From assembly GCA_045589295.1 (NCBI GenBank), contig JAZNOU010000012.1:96001-160000 (forward strand): 64,000 nt of DNA. Direction: 5' to 3'. A program made the position numbers and the translations under genes. Positions 1 through 9,130 of the stretch are shown piece by piece. Within the stretch, counting starts at the first letter, position 1. Each line of letters opens with the position of its first letter. Origin of the DNA: Clostridia bacterium. Its GTDB lineage: Bacteria > Bacillota > Clostridia > RGIG6154. The notes beneath the pieces are model-generated. The model searched no databases. It saw only the letters and a list, made by a program, of their open reading frames with translations, and had not been told where the DNA came from.

Positions 1-162
1 GGTCTTGTTCATATTTCAAAGCTTGACACAAAACGCGTTGAAAAAGTTACAGACGTTGTAACAGAAGGCGATGAAATTATGGTTAAACTTGTTGAAATTG
101 ATCGTCAGGGCAGAATGAATCTTTCAAGAAAAGATGCTTTAGCACCTGCTGAACAAGAGTAA
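1..162 (+). CDS. pnp: Polyribonucleotide nucleotidyltransferase (PNPase), C-terminal S1 domain, 5' partial
   Basis: Frame 1 reads [47 protein letters not shown]...*, typical of the PNPase S1 C-terminus; TAA at 160-162. Confidence 0.85.
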   Translation, partial: GLVHISKLDTKRVEKVTDVVTEGDEIMVKLVEIDRQGRMNLSRKDALAPAEQE

Positions 163-186
163 AAACAGTTTATTTAAACCAAAAAC

Positions 187-215
187 TTGAAATTTATAAA
201 TTAAAGTATTATAAT
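187..215 (+). promoter_or_regulatory. SigA-type promoter of gap
   Basis: TTGAAA-17bp-TATAAT, followed by AGGAGG RBS. Confidence 0.7.
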
Positions 216-246
216 ACTTTTGATAAACATTAAGGAGGAAATTAAT

Positions 247-1257
247 ATGTCAGTAAAAGTTGCTATTAATGGTTTCGGCCGTATCGGTCGTCTTGCATTC
301 AGACAGATGTTTGGTGCAGAAGGTTATGAAGTTGTTGCTATCAACGACTTAACAGATCCAAAAATGCTTGCTCACCTTTTGAAGTATGATTCTTCACAGG
401 GCAGATATGACGGTCACACCGTAGAAGCAGGCGAAGACTTCATCAAAGTTGATGGAAAAGAAATTAAAATTTATGCTATTAAAGACGCTAACGAATGCCC
501 ATGGGGTGCTTTAGACGTTGACGTAGTATTAGAATGCACAGGTTTCTACTGCTCAAAAGATAAGAGCCAGGCTCATATCAATGCAGGTGCTAAAAAAGTT
601 GTTATCTCAGCTCCAGCTGGTAACGACCTCAAAACAATCGTATTCAGCGTAAATGAAAACACTCTTACAAAAGAAGATACAATCATTTCAGCTGCATCAT
701 GCACAACAAACTGCTTAGCTCCAATGGCTAAAGCTCTTAACGACTACGCTCCAATCCAGAGCGGTATCATGGCTACAATCCATGCTTACACAGGCGATCA
801 GATGATCTTAGACGGTCCACACAGAAAAGGTGACTTAAGAAGAGCTCGTGCTGGTGCTGCTAACATCGTTCCTAACTCAACAGGTGCTGCTAAAGCTATC
901 GGTTTAGTTATTCCAGAACTCAACGGCAAACTTATCGGTGCTGCTCAGCGTGTTCCTGTACCAACAGGTTCAACAACAATTTTAACAGCTGTTGTTAAAG
1001 GCAAAGATGTAACAAAAGAAGGTATCAACGCTGCAATGAAAGCTGCTGCTTCAGATAGCTTTGGTTACAACACAGATGAAATCGTATCTTCAGATATCAT
1101 TGGTATCACATACGGTTCATTATTTGATGCTACACAGACAATGGTAACATCAATCGGCGATGACCTCTATCAGGTACAGGTTGTTTCATGGTATGACAAC
1201 GAAAACTCATACACAAGCCAGATGGTTAGAACAATCAAATACTTCGCAGAACTTTAA
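247..1257 (+). CDS. gap: Type I glyceraldehyde-3-phosphate dehydrogenase
   Basis: INGFGRIGR Rossmann motif and ASCTTNCL active site; ATG at 247 after AAGGAGG (start moved from 220). Confidence 0.98.
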   Translation: MSVKVAINGFGRIGRLAFRQMFGAEGYEVVAINDLTDPKMLAHLLKYDSSQGRYDGHTVEAGEDFIKVDGKEIKIYAIKDANECPWGALDVDVVLECTGFYCSKDKSQAHINAGAKKVVISAPAGNDLKTIVFSVNENTLTKEDTIISAASCTTNCLAPMAKALNDYAPIQSGIMATIHAYTGDQMILDGPHRKGDLRRARAGAANIVPNSTGAAKAIGLVIPELNGKLIGAAQRVPVPTGSTTILTAVVKGKDVTKEGINAAMKAAASDSFGYNTDEIVSSDIIGITYGSLFDATQTMVTSIGDDLYQVQVVSWYDNENSYTSQMVRTIKYFAEL

Positions 1258-1270
1258 TACACAAAAAACA

Positions 1271-1302
1271 AAACGGCGAGAAACCTCGCCGTTTATTTTT
1301 TT
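1271..1302 (+). terminator. Rho-independent terminator after gap
   Basis: AAACGGCGAG-aaac-CTCGCCGTTT plus T run. Confidence 0.85.
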
Positions 1303-1308
1303 CTCAAT

Positions 1309-1450
1309 GGCGAATATACATTCGTTTTGTGCCTCACTTCGTTTGGCACAATCAAATTTATAGGTATAAAAAGTCAGGTACACGCACTCTGACGCGGAAC
1401 TTTTTCTAATATTTGCCGTCAAAAAGGGGCGCAGAAGGATTTTATACATA
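1309..1450. repeat. Dispersed palindromic intergenic repeat, copy A (degenerate)
   Basis: TCAAATTTATAGG.ATAAAA..CAGG.ACACG (1352-1384) is shared with 16860-16892; short flanking hairpins (TGTGCC...GGCACA). Confidence 0.5.
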
Positions 1451-1560
1451 ATATATATAGAAGAAACACCAAAAAACTGTTACAAAACCGCCGTAATATT
1501 ACATAAATTTCGGTAAATTTGCAGTTATTTTACAATTATGTTACAAAGTGCGTTTTTGTA

Positions 1561-1590
1561 TTGACATTTAATTGGCATTTGTTGTATAAT
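1561..1590 (+). promoter_or_regulatory. SigA-type promoter of the S-layer gene
   Basis: TTGACA-18bp-TATAAT; short 5'UTR hairpin GCTACA..TGTAGC at 1607-1624. Confidence 0.7.
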
Positions 1591-1655
1591 TTCAAGCGTA
1601 AAGTAAGCTACATATCCGTGTAGCAAAAAATTATTATGAAAGGGGATTTTTTACT

Positions 1656-4544
1656 ATGAAAAATCTTACAAGAGTTCTTGCATTAGTATTAACTTTTGCT
1701 ATGATGATCAGCACAGTAGCTTTCGCTGCTTCATTCGCTGATATCGAAGCTGGTTCTACTTATGCAGAAGCTACAGCAGTTCTTGCTGACCTTGGTATCC
1801 TCAAAGGTTACGAAGATGGCACATTCGGTGCTGACAAAGTTATCACAAGAGCTGAAGTAGTTGCAGTTGTTAACAGACTGCAGGGATTATCAGATGCTGC
1901 TAAAGCAGCTGGTGGTGCAACTCAGTACACAGACGTTCCTTCAACAGAATGGTTCGCTGGTGACGTAAACCTCGCTACACAGATGGGTATCGTATCTGGT
2001 GACGGCAATGGTTTATTCAGACCAAACGACCAGGTTAAGTATGAAGAAGCTGTTAAAATGGTAGTTGCAGCTCTTGGTTACAACCAGGAATATGTATTAA
2101 AGAGAGGCGGATGGCCAACAGGTTATCTCGTAATCGCTACAGAAGCTGAAATTTCAAAAGGTGTTGCTGCTGGTGCAGGCGAACCTGCTTACAGAGGCAT
2201 CGTTGCTAAGCTCGCTTACAACGCTTTGACAGCTCCTACATTTGCTTTCAATTCATACTCAACAGATGGCAAAGCTATCTACACAGTAAATGAAGAAAAG
2301 ATTACTCTCGAAGAAAAACTTCAGGTTTCAAAATTAACAGGTAATGTTGTTGCTAACTCAATTACAGCATTAGCTGGCGCTAAAACTGAAAATGATGAAG
2401 TAGCTTTCAATGTTACAGACAACAAAACAGGTAAAGCTGCTAACACATTTGCTCTTGGCGTAGACACATTCAAAACAGCTACAGATGTTGCTGATACACT
2501 CGGTTACACAGCTGATGTTTATGTAAAAGCTAACGCTAACAACGAATACGAAATCATTTCTTACGTTGTAAACGCTGGTAAGAATAAGACAGTTGCTATT
2601 GCTGATCCTTCAACAATTCAGTCAACAACTGCTCTCACATACGCTTCAGATTTCGCAAGCGCTAACAAATTCATCTCAGTTTATGATGATGAAAAAGATG
2701 TTATCAACACAACATATGACATCGCTGACGCAGCTAAAGTTATCGTAAATGGCCAGGTTGCTGGTAATGCTACAGCATTAGCTACAACAAACATGTACGA
2801 TATCGCTGGTTTGGCTGCAGCTGAACTCGGTTTAATCTGGGCTCCTGCTTACGGCGAAGTTGAATTACTTGACAACAACAACGATGGCAAATACGATTAT
2901 ATTTTCGTTACATCATACGTTGTATCAGTAGTTGACGAAGTTATCGACACAGCTACATCAAAGAAAATCTATGCTAAAGACGGCGTTATCGACCTTCTTA
3001 AGCACATCGAAGGCGAAAAAGGCTATGCTTACAAACTTACTTTAGATGGTAAAGAAGCAGCTATCGCTGACCTTACTGAAAAAGACGTAATCGCAGTTGC
3101 TATGGCTAAAGATAAGTCTTCATACGACATCAAAGCTACAAGAAAAACAGCTGCTGGTATGGTTACAGAATTAGATAACACATCAGCTAACAGAGCTGAA
3201 TGGGTATTCACAGTTGACGGTACAGAATACAAAATTGCTAACCTCGCTGCTAAAACAAATGCAGGTATGGACAGCGTAAACGCTGGTGACGAAGTTACAA
3301 TGTTCCTCGATGAATTTGGTAACATCGCTCTTGCTGACAAAACTTCTACAACAGCTAAGAACTACGGCTTTATCGTAGGCGCTGGTGTTGAAACATCAAT
3401 CGGTGATGCAACATACCAGGTAAGACTTCTTAACAAAGAAGGCGAAATCGTAACATACGAACTCGCTGACAACGTAAGATTTGCTGGTGCTGGTGCAAAC
3501 GGTGTTGTAGCTACAACACCTGCAGCTACAGTTTACTCTGCAGTATATGCACTCAACACACATGGTTGGGTAATTCAGGCTGCTAGCGCTTCAACAGCTC
3601 AGATCCAGAGCTACGCTAACAGAGTTGTTACTTACAGAGCTAACTCAGAAGGCAAAATTACTGAAATCGTTCTTACATCAACAGGTACTGACAAACCATA
3701 CATCACATTTAACGCTGCTGACGCTGTTACAGCTCAGTACAACGGCAAAACTCAGACATTCATCGGCGAAGCTGCTGTTACAGAAGATACTGTAGTATTC
3801 AATCTTCCTATCACAGCTACAGCTACAAGAGATGACTTTGAAATTTCAACAATCGCATCACTTTCACACGAACAGTCATACGATGTTGCTTTCTTGTCAA
3901 TCGACGATGAAAACGTTGCTGGTGCTCTTATCGTTGTTAACAACGACGCTACAGTAGCTTCTGGTTCTAACCTTGCTGTTGCTACAAAGATTATGGCTGC
4001 TCAGAATGCTGATTACGAAGCTATCTACAATGTAACATTCTTACAGAACGGCGAAACAAAAACATTAGCTACAACAGCTGACGTTGCTGGTATCATCGCT
4101 TCTAAGATGGCTGCAGGCGTAGTATTCGAATATTCAGTAAATGAAGAAGGCGCTATCAATGCAATCGCATTAGGCACAGCTAAAGACGCTGCTTGGGCTG
4201 GCGATGTTGCTACACTTAACAACAATGGTTCTAACTTCGTATTCAACGGTGCTAAAGAACAGTATGTATTTGGTGTAGTATACGCTAAGACAAACAACAG
4301 AGTTCTTGCTATCGGTGCTGCTCAGGATACACACGCTATCGCTGCTGACGCTAACTTCTACCTCGTAGACCTTACAAAAGCTAAGAACAACGTTTCTGTT
4401 TCATCATTCGCTGAAATCAGAAAGTTCAACGCTTTAGGCGGAACTGATTACGACTATGCAGTATTCATGAAATACTTCAATGACGAAATCACAGACGTTG
4501 TAATCTACAAAGGTTACACAACAATGGGCTATGACGCTCTTTAA
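1656..4544 (+). CDS. SLH-domain S-layer protein (probable major surface layer protein)
   Basis: Signal peptide ending AFA; SLH repeats (LGILKGYEDGTFGADKVITRAE; GIVSGDGNGLFRPNDQVKYEE); Ala/Thr/Val-rich body; strong high-expression codon bias; own promoter and terminator. Confidence 0.88.
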   Translation: MKNLTRVLALVLTFAMMISTVAFAASFADIEAGSTYAEATAVLADLGILKGYEDGTFGADKVITRAEVVAVVNRLQGLSDAAKAAGGATQYTDVPSTEWFAGDVNLATQMGIVSGDGNGLFRPNDQVKYEEAVKMVVAALGYNQEYVLKRGGWPTGYLVIATEAEISKGVAAGAGEPAYRGIVAKLAYNALTAPTFAFNSYSTDGKAIYTVNEEKITLEEKLQVSKLTGNVVANSITALAGAKTENDEVAFNVTDNKTGKAANTFALGVDTFKTATDVADTLGYTADVYVKANANNEYEIISYVVNAGKNKTVAIADPSTIQSTTALTYASDFASANKFISVYDDEKDVINTTYDIADAAKVIVNGQVAGNATALATTNMYDIAGLAAAELGLIWAPAYGEVELLDNNNDGKYDYIFVTSYVVSVVDEVIDTATSKKIYAKDGVIDLLKHIEGEKGYAYKLTLDGKEAAIADLTEKDVIAVAMAKDKSSYDIKATRKTAAGMVTELDNTSANRAEWVFTVDGTEYKIANLAAKTNAGMDSVNAGDEVTMFLDEFGNIALADKTSTTAKNYGFIVGAGVETSIGDATYQVRLLNKEGEIVTYELADNVRFAGAGANGVVATTPAATVYSAVYALNTHGWVIQAASASTAQIQSYANRVVTYRANSEGKITEIVLTSTGTDKPYITFNAADAVTAQYNGKTQTFIGEAAVTEDTVVFNLPITATATRDDFEISTIASLSHEQSYDVAFLSIDDENVAGALIVVNNDATVASGSNLAVATKIMAAQNADYEAIYNVTFLQNGETKTLATTADVAGIIASKMAAGVVFEYSVNEEGAINAIALGTAKDAAWAGDVATLNNNGSNFVFNGAKEQYVFGVVYAKTNNRVLAIGAAQDTHAIAADANFYLVDLTKAKNNVSVSSFAEIRKFNALGGTDYDYAVFMKYFNDEITDVVIYKGYTTMGYDAL

Positions 4545-4566
4545 TTCCTAACTTAGGAGTTAACAT

Positions 4567-4598
4567 AAAAACCGAGGACTTAGGTCCTCGGTTTTTTT
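4567..4598 (+). terminator. Rho-independent terminator
   Basis: ACCGAGGAC-ttag-GTCCTCGGT plus T run. Confidence 0.9.
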
Positions 4599-4673
4599 AT
4601 CCCTTACAAAATGATTTGTTTCTTGACCAAAGGTGTTAATTTTGGTATAATCAAATAAAAAACGGAGAGAGAT

Positions 4674-5177
4674 ATGCACAACAAATTAACTAAGGCTGAT
4701 ATAAATAAGATGCAGGAAGAAATTGAATACAGAGAGGTTGTTTTAAGACCGAAAATTTTAGAAGATGTAAATGTTGCACGCGGATACGGCGACCTTTCTG
4801 AAAATGCAGAGTACAAGATTGCAAAGCAAGAAAAGAATCGTAATGAAAGCAGAATAAGACATCTTAAAAATATGATAAAGACGGCAATTATTATAGAAGA
4901 CAACTCAAAAGATGATGAGGTAGGCTTATCCGACACCGTTACGCTTTATATTGAAGACGAAGAGGTTGAAGAAACTTATACAATAGTTACAAATATAAGA
5001 GTTGACTTAACGGGCAGTTATATCAGCTACGAGTCGCCCGTAGCAAAAGCGATTTTAGGCAAAAAACAGGGCGACAGAGTGAAAGTTAAAGTGTCAGATG
5101 ACTATTCTTATTACTGCGTGATAAAAGAATTAAAAAAAGGAACGGAAGACGATTCAAGACCAATCCGTGGTTATTGA
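4674..5177 (+). CDS. greA: Transcription elongation factor GreA
   Basis: ARGYGDLSENAEY and ISYESPVAKAILGK motifs. Confidence 0.93.
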   Translation: MHNKLTKADINKMQEEIEYREVVLRPKILEDVNVARGYGDLSENAEYKIAKQEKNRNESRIRHLKNMIKTAIIIEDNSKDDEVGLSDTVTLYIEDEEVEETYTIVTNIRVDLTGSYISYESPVAKAILGKKQGDRVKVKVSDDYSYYCVIKELKKGTEDDSRPIRGY

Positions 5178-5183
5178 TTAAGA

Positions 5184-5214
5184 AAAAAGGCGATGGGAAA
5201 ACCATCGCCTTTTT
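5184..5214. terminator. Bidirectional terminator
   Basis: A run-GGCGATGG-gaaaa-CCATCGCC-T run between convergent genes. Confidence 0.85.
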
Positions 5215-5226
5215 ATATTAAAAAAT

Positions 5227-5595
5227 TTAATCGTTGTCGATTTCCCACGAGATTATTTTTCCGTCTGACACTGAAATTTCTGCGCTATATTCTGTTCTGC
5301 CTTTACGAAATTCAATTTCATACACTAATATACCATTCTCGTAGTCTTTTTCTGTTCTTTCAAAGATTACATCATTTTCTGTAAGCCCTGCTTTGTCAAG
5401 GGCGATTTTTTTAGCGTCTGCGTCTGTTATTTCGCTTTTAGTTTGTTGTATGCTCTGTTCGTTTTTTACATTAGGAATACCGCCTGACTGGGAAACGGGA
5501 TTTCCTCCACCTTGAAGTTTTGTTGCTGTCATTCCGACAAACAAGCAAGCAAATGCAACAATTACTGTTAGCCATAAAGGAACGCTATTTTTCAT
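5227..5595 (-). CDS. PepSY domain-containing membrane-anchored protein
   Basis: N-terminal TM helix; ITDADAKKIAL...VYEIEF...EYSAEISVSDGKII is a PepSY pattern; ATG at 5595 after GAGGAGG. Confidence 0.8.
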   Translation of the reverse strand: MKNSVPLWLTVIVAFACLFVGMTATKLQGGGNPVSQSGGIPNVKNEQSIQQTKSEITDADAKKIALDKAGLTENDVIFERTEKDYENGILVYEIEFRKGRTEYSAEISVSDGKIISWEIDND

Positions 5596-5637
5596 AAAAT
5601 TACCTCCTCTTAGAATTATAAGCAAAGCTTTTTAAAT

Positions 5638-6177
5638 TTATTCATAGCGGGGAAGTTCTACAACTTTATATGTATGATTTGTATAGGGAACTAATTTTTC
5701 AAAAATATCTTTTGTTCTAATTTTAAGGCTTGAGGTATTTATATTTGGGTGGCAACCGATAAACTCCGACTCTAACAGTTCTTTGTCCACCAAAAGAGTA
5801 ACATTGTTTTCGGTGTCAAAAATAAGTCCTGTTACGCTTGCTGAACCTGGCATTAATCCAAGATATTTTTCCATAGCGCAAGAATCTGCAAAAGAAAGTC
5901 TTGAAGAATTTATCTGTGCCGACAAATCTTTGGTTTTAAACGGCTTATCGCCAGGCATCATCAAAAGATAAAAATCGGTCTTTTGGCGGTTGCACAAAAA
6001 CAAATTTTTGCATATAGCACAACCTAAGGCTTTGTCGATTTCAAGACAAAGCTCCATTGTGTCAGCCTTATCGTGATCAATTCTTTCATATTCTATTTCT
6101 AAACTATCCAAAACATCATAAACTTTTGTTTCTTTTTCGCCTCTTATGTCTTGCGGACGTCCTTTTTGTAAAATCAT
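5638..6177 (-). CDS. YbaK/ProX (PrdX) aminoacyl-tRNA editing deacylase
   Basis: ICKNLFL, SSRLSFA, PGSAS and CHPNINTSSL motifs. Confidence 0.88.
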   Translation of the reverse strand: MILQKGRPQDIRGEKETKVYDVLDSLEIEYERIDHDKADTMELCLEIDKALGCAICKNLFLCNRQKTDFYLLMMPGDKPFKTKDLSAQINSSRLSFADSCAMEKYLGLMPGSASVTGLIFDTENNVTLLVDKELLESEFIGCHPNINTSSLKIRTKDIFEKLVPYTNHTYKVVELPRYE

Positions 6178-6209
6178 AAAATCAACTCCTGATAATTAAA
6201 GTATACAAC

Positions 6210-6241
6210 AAAAAGCTCGCGCTTGCAAGCGCGAGCTTTTT
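6210..6241 (-). terminator. Terminator downstream of the symporter
   Basis: AAAAAGCTCGCGCTT-gc-AAGCGCGAGCTTTTT palindrome. Confidence 0.85.
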
Positions 6242-6252
6242 AAAAATAATAA

Positions 6253-7662
6253 TTATTGTAATTTGTTGCTTTTAGCAGCTTTTGCAACAAGTGGTGCTAA
6301 AGCAAAGAGTGCGATGGCGTTAGGAAGTACCATAAACTGATTGAAGGTATCCTGAGTGAGCCAAACGAGTTCGTTTTCCTGAACAACTGTTCCTACAAAT
6401 ACAAACACAACAGAAATTATTGAGTAAATAATTTTTGATTTTTTGCCGAAGAGATAGTTGAAGTTGATTTCACCAAACATATTCCAGCTGATGATTGTTG
6501 TAAATGCAAAGAACATAAGGCAGATTGCAACGTAAGCATTACCAATAGATGAGCCAAATACTCCGCCAAATGCCATCTGTGCGACATTTGTTTTGTTAAT
6601 TCCTGCGTCTGCCATAAGCTGAGCGTAAGATGCACCGTCTGCACCAGCGAGTGCTCCGTTACCTGTGTAAGTGCATGTAATAACAACTAAAGCTGTCATT
6701 GTAAGAACTACAAAAGTATCAAGGAATACACCCATCATAGCAGAAACACCCTGATCGTGTGGCTTTTTAACGTTTGCCATAGCGTGCGCGTGAGGGGTTG
6801 AACCCATACCAGCTTCGTTTGAGAAAAGACCACGTTTTGCACCCTGGCTGATTGCAGTTTTAAGAGCAATACCGATACCACCACCGATTAAAGCCTGAGG
6901 CTGGAATGCATATTTAAAGATTGCGCCGAATGCTTCAGGAACTCTTGCGATATTAACTGCTAAAACAACAAGACTACCAACTATGTACAAAATTGCCATA
7001 AGTGGAACGATTTTTTCTGCAGTTGCTGCAATTCTCTGTGCACCACCGATAACGATAAATGCAACGATAACTGCCAAAACAAGACCTGTTACCCATGTTG
7101 GGATTGCAAATGCAGTGTTAATTGTAGCACCGATTGAGTTTGACTGAACCATACCGCCGATAAAACCGAGCGAAATTACAGTAGCAATTGCGAAAAATCC
7201 TGCAAGGAACTTACCAAATGCGCCTTTAAATGCTGACTTAATGTAGTAAATAGGACCGCCGTGAACAGTACCGTCGCTATCCACCATTCTTGTTTCCTGA
7301 GCCAAAACTGCTTCTGCGTAAATTGTAGCCATACCTAAAAATGCGATAATCCACATCCAGAAGATAGCACCAGGACCACCGGTAAGAATAGCACCAGAAG
7401 CACCTACGATATTACCTGTACCAACCTGACCTGCAACAGCAGTTGCTAACGCCTGGAATGAACTCATACCGCTTTTTTGTTTTCCGCCCTTTAAAGAAAA
7501 GTTGCCGAAAACATTTTTCATTCCTTCGCCAAAACAACGAACCTGAACAAATCTTGTCTTGAAAGAGAAGAAAAGTCCAACTGCTACGAGCAAAATAATA
7601 AGCACGTAGTCTGCCATGTAGGTGTTAATTACACCCATGACATCAAGTAACCATTTTTCCAT
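6253..7662 (-). CDS. Sodium:alanine/glycine symporter (AGCS family)
   Basis: GQVGTGNIVG, GGPGAIFWMW and RGLFSNEAGMGS motifs; many TM helices; glycine riboswitch upstream. Confidence 0.95.
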   Translation of the reverse strand: MEKWLLDVMGVINTYMADYVLIILLVAVGLFFSFKTRFVQVRCFGEGMKNVFGNFSLKGGKQKSGMSSFQALATAVAGQVGTGNIVGASGAILTGGPGAIFWMWIIAFLGMATIYAEAVLAQETRMVDSDGTVHGGPIYYIKSAFKGAFGKFLAGFFAIATVISLGFIGGMVQSNSIGATINTAFAIPTWVTGLVLAVIVAFIVIGGAQRIAATAEKIVPLMAILYIVGSLVVLAVNIARVPEAFGAIFKYAFQPQALIGGGIGIALKTAISQGAKRGLFSNEAGMGSTPHAHAMANVKKPHDQGVSAMMGVFLDTFVVLTMTALVVITCTYTGNGALAGADGASYAQLMADAGINKTNVAQMAFGGVFGSSIGNAYVAICLMFFAFTTIISWNMFGEINFNYLFGKKSKIIYSIISVVFVFVGTVVQENELVWLTQDTFNQFMVLPNAIALFALAPLVAKAAKSNKLQ

Positions 7663-7689
7663 TTTAAATTCCTCCTAAAAAATTTTTGG

Positions 7690-7722
7690 AAAAAAAAATT
7701 GCCGATATAAAACCAGCAACTC
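7690..7722 (-). terminator. Riboswitch expression-platform terminator
   Basis: Minus strand GTTGCTGGT-tttat-ATCGGCAAT plus T run, before the symporter RBS. Confidence 0.7.
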
Positions 7723-7757
7723 CGGAAAACATAGGGGCATTATAAAGAATTTACCCA

Positions 7758-7885
7758 CTCTGTCCTTTCGCCTGAGAGATTCAGCATATAGCTTTGCACC
7801 TTCGGCACTCATTTAAGAGATTCTCCAGAGTTCCCTACGCAAAGCGGTCTTAAAAAATTCCGCTCGCATCAAAGGGAATATTCAA
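7758..7885 (-). ncRNA. Glycine riboswitch (single aptamer plus 5' ghost hairpin)
   Basis: Minus strand CTCTGGAGA...GCCGAAGGTGCAA...AATCTCTCAGG..AAGGACAGAG (7830-7758); 5' hairpin TTCCCT...AGGGAA (7878-7831); promoter TTGACA(7923-7918)-17bp-TATACT(7900-7895). Confidence 0.92.
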
Positions 7886-7958
7886 CTTTAGCATAGTATA
7901 TCACTAAATTCTTGCTTTGTCAACACAAAAATAAAAAAAAGAGCAAATTTTGCTCTTT

Positions 7959-9011
7959 TTAAAGTTGAATTTGGTTTTTGCGCTCTCTGGAATTAAACAT
8001 ATTGTCAAAAAATTCGATATTGTCAAGTGAAGCACCTGTGCCTACTGCAACACACGATACTGCGTCGGGTGCAACTTCTACTTTTATGCCTGTTTCTCTT
8101 TGCAAAAGCTGGTCAAGGCCGTAAATAAGGCTTCCTCCGCCAGTTAAAACAATTCCTCTTGTACTAATGTCACCGATAAGCTCGGGTGGGGTGTCTTCTA
8201 AAACAGTATGAATTGCATCGCAAATCTGAAGAACAGGTTCTTCTAATGCCTCAAAGGTTTCTTCAGAGGTTATCGTAATAGTTTCAGGAAGACCTGACAC
8301 AAGGCTTCTTCCTTTAAAGGTACAGCTTACAGACTCGTCCCTGAAATAAACACTCCCGATTTGCATTTTTATATCTTCTGCAGTTCTTTCGCCGATTGCA
8401 ACAGAATATTTCTTTCTTATATATTTAATAATAGCTTCGTCAAACTTGTCGCCCGCACACTTAATTGATGTGCTTGTAACAACTCCGCCAAGCGAAATTA
8501 CTGCAACGTCTGTTGTTCCGCCGCCGATATCAACAACCATTGAGCCGTAAGGTTTGGTGATGTCAATTCCTGCACCGATTGCAGCAGCAATAGGTTCTTC
8601 GATTAAGTGAACACTTCTTGCACCTGCATTCATACAAGCATCAACTACGGCACGCTGTTCAACCTCTGTTACTCCGCTTGGAACACAAACTACAACGCGC
8701 GGCTTGAAAACTTTTGATGCGTTAACCTTGCCCAAAAAATACTTGAGCATTTTTTCAGTTGTTTCATAGTCCGAAATAACACCATCGCGAAGCGGACGGA
8801 TTGCAATTATATTCCCAGGGGTTCTGCCTATCATCTCCTGAGCCTCAATTCCAACCTTTAATACCTTTTTGGTAGTGCCGTCAAGGGCAACAACAGAAGG
8901 CTCTCTTATAACAATTCCCTTGTCCTTTACATAAACCAAAACAGTTGCGGTGCCAAGGTCAATTCCTATATCTGTGCCAACCCCAAATAAATTTTTAAAA
9001 AACTCAAACAT
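7959..9011 (-). CDS. mreB: Rod shape-determining protein, MreB/Mbl family
   Basis: GIDLGTA, IRPLRDGVI, IEEPIAAAIGAG, VDIGGGTTD and LTGGGSL motifs. Confidence 0.93.
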   Translation of the reverse strand: MFEFFKNLFGVGTDIGIDLGTATVLVYVKDKGIVIREPSVVALDGTTKKVLKVGIEAQEMIGRTPGNIIAIRPLRDGVISDYETTEKMLKYFLGKVNASKVFKPRVVVCVPSGVTEVEQRAVVDACMNAGARSVHLIEEPIAAAIGAGIDITKPYGSMVVDIGGGTTDVAVISLGGVVTSTSIKCAGDKFDEAIIKYIRKKYSVAIGERTAEDIKMQIGSVYFRDESVSCTFKGRSLVSGLPETITITSEETFEALEEPVLQICDAIHTVLEDTPPELIGDISTRGIVLTGGGSLIYGLDQLLQRETGIKVEVAPDAVSCVAVGTGASLDNIEFFDNMFNSRERKNQIQL

Positions 9012-9130
9012 ACTTTAACTCCTTATCATTGTATATCTATTGTACCATATTTTTTAAAAAAAGCAATAATATTTGACTTGATTTTTTGGTTTTTTTATGG
9101 TATAATAACAGAAGATAATTTTTCGGGGAG

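Noticed and set aside
220-246. Longer gap start (TTG at 220) in the ORF track
   Set aside because: AAGGAGG RBS precedes ATG 247, and GAPDH homology begins at MSVKVAING.
1160-1449. ORFs 1160-1363 (+) and 1207-1449 (-)
   Set aside because: They overlap the gap end, terminator and palindromic repeat; no RBS or recognisable motif.
4545-4590. Two adjacent hairpins sharing ACTTAGG after the S-layer gene
   Set aside because: Only a 7-nt match; explained by a terminator plus a small stabilising stem, not an array.
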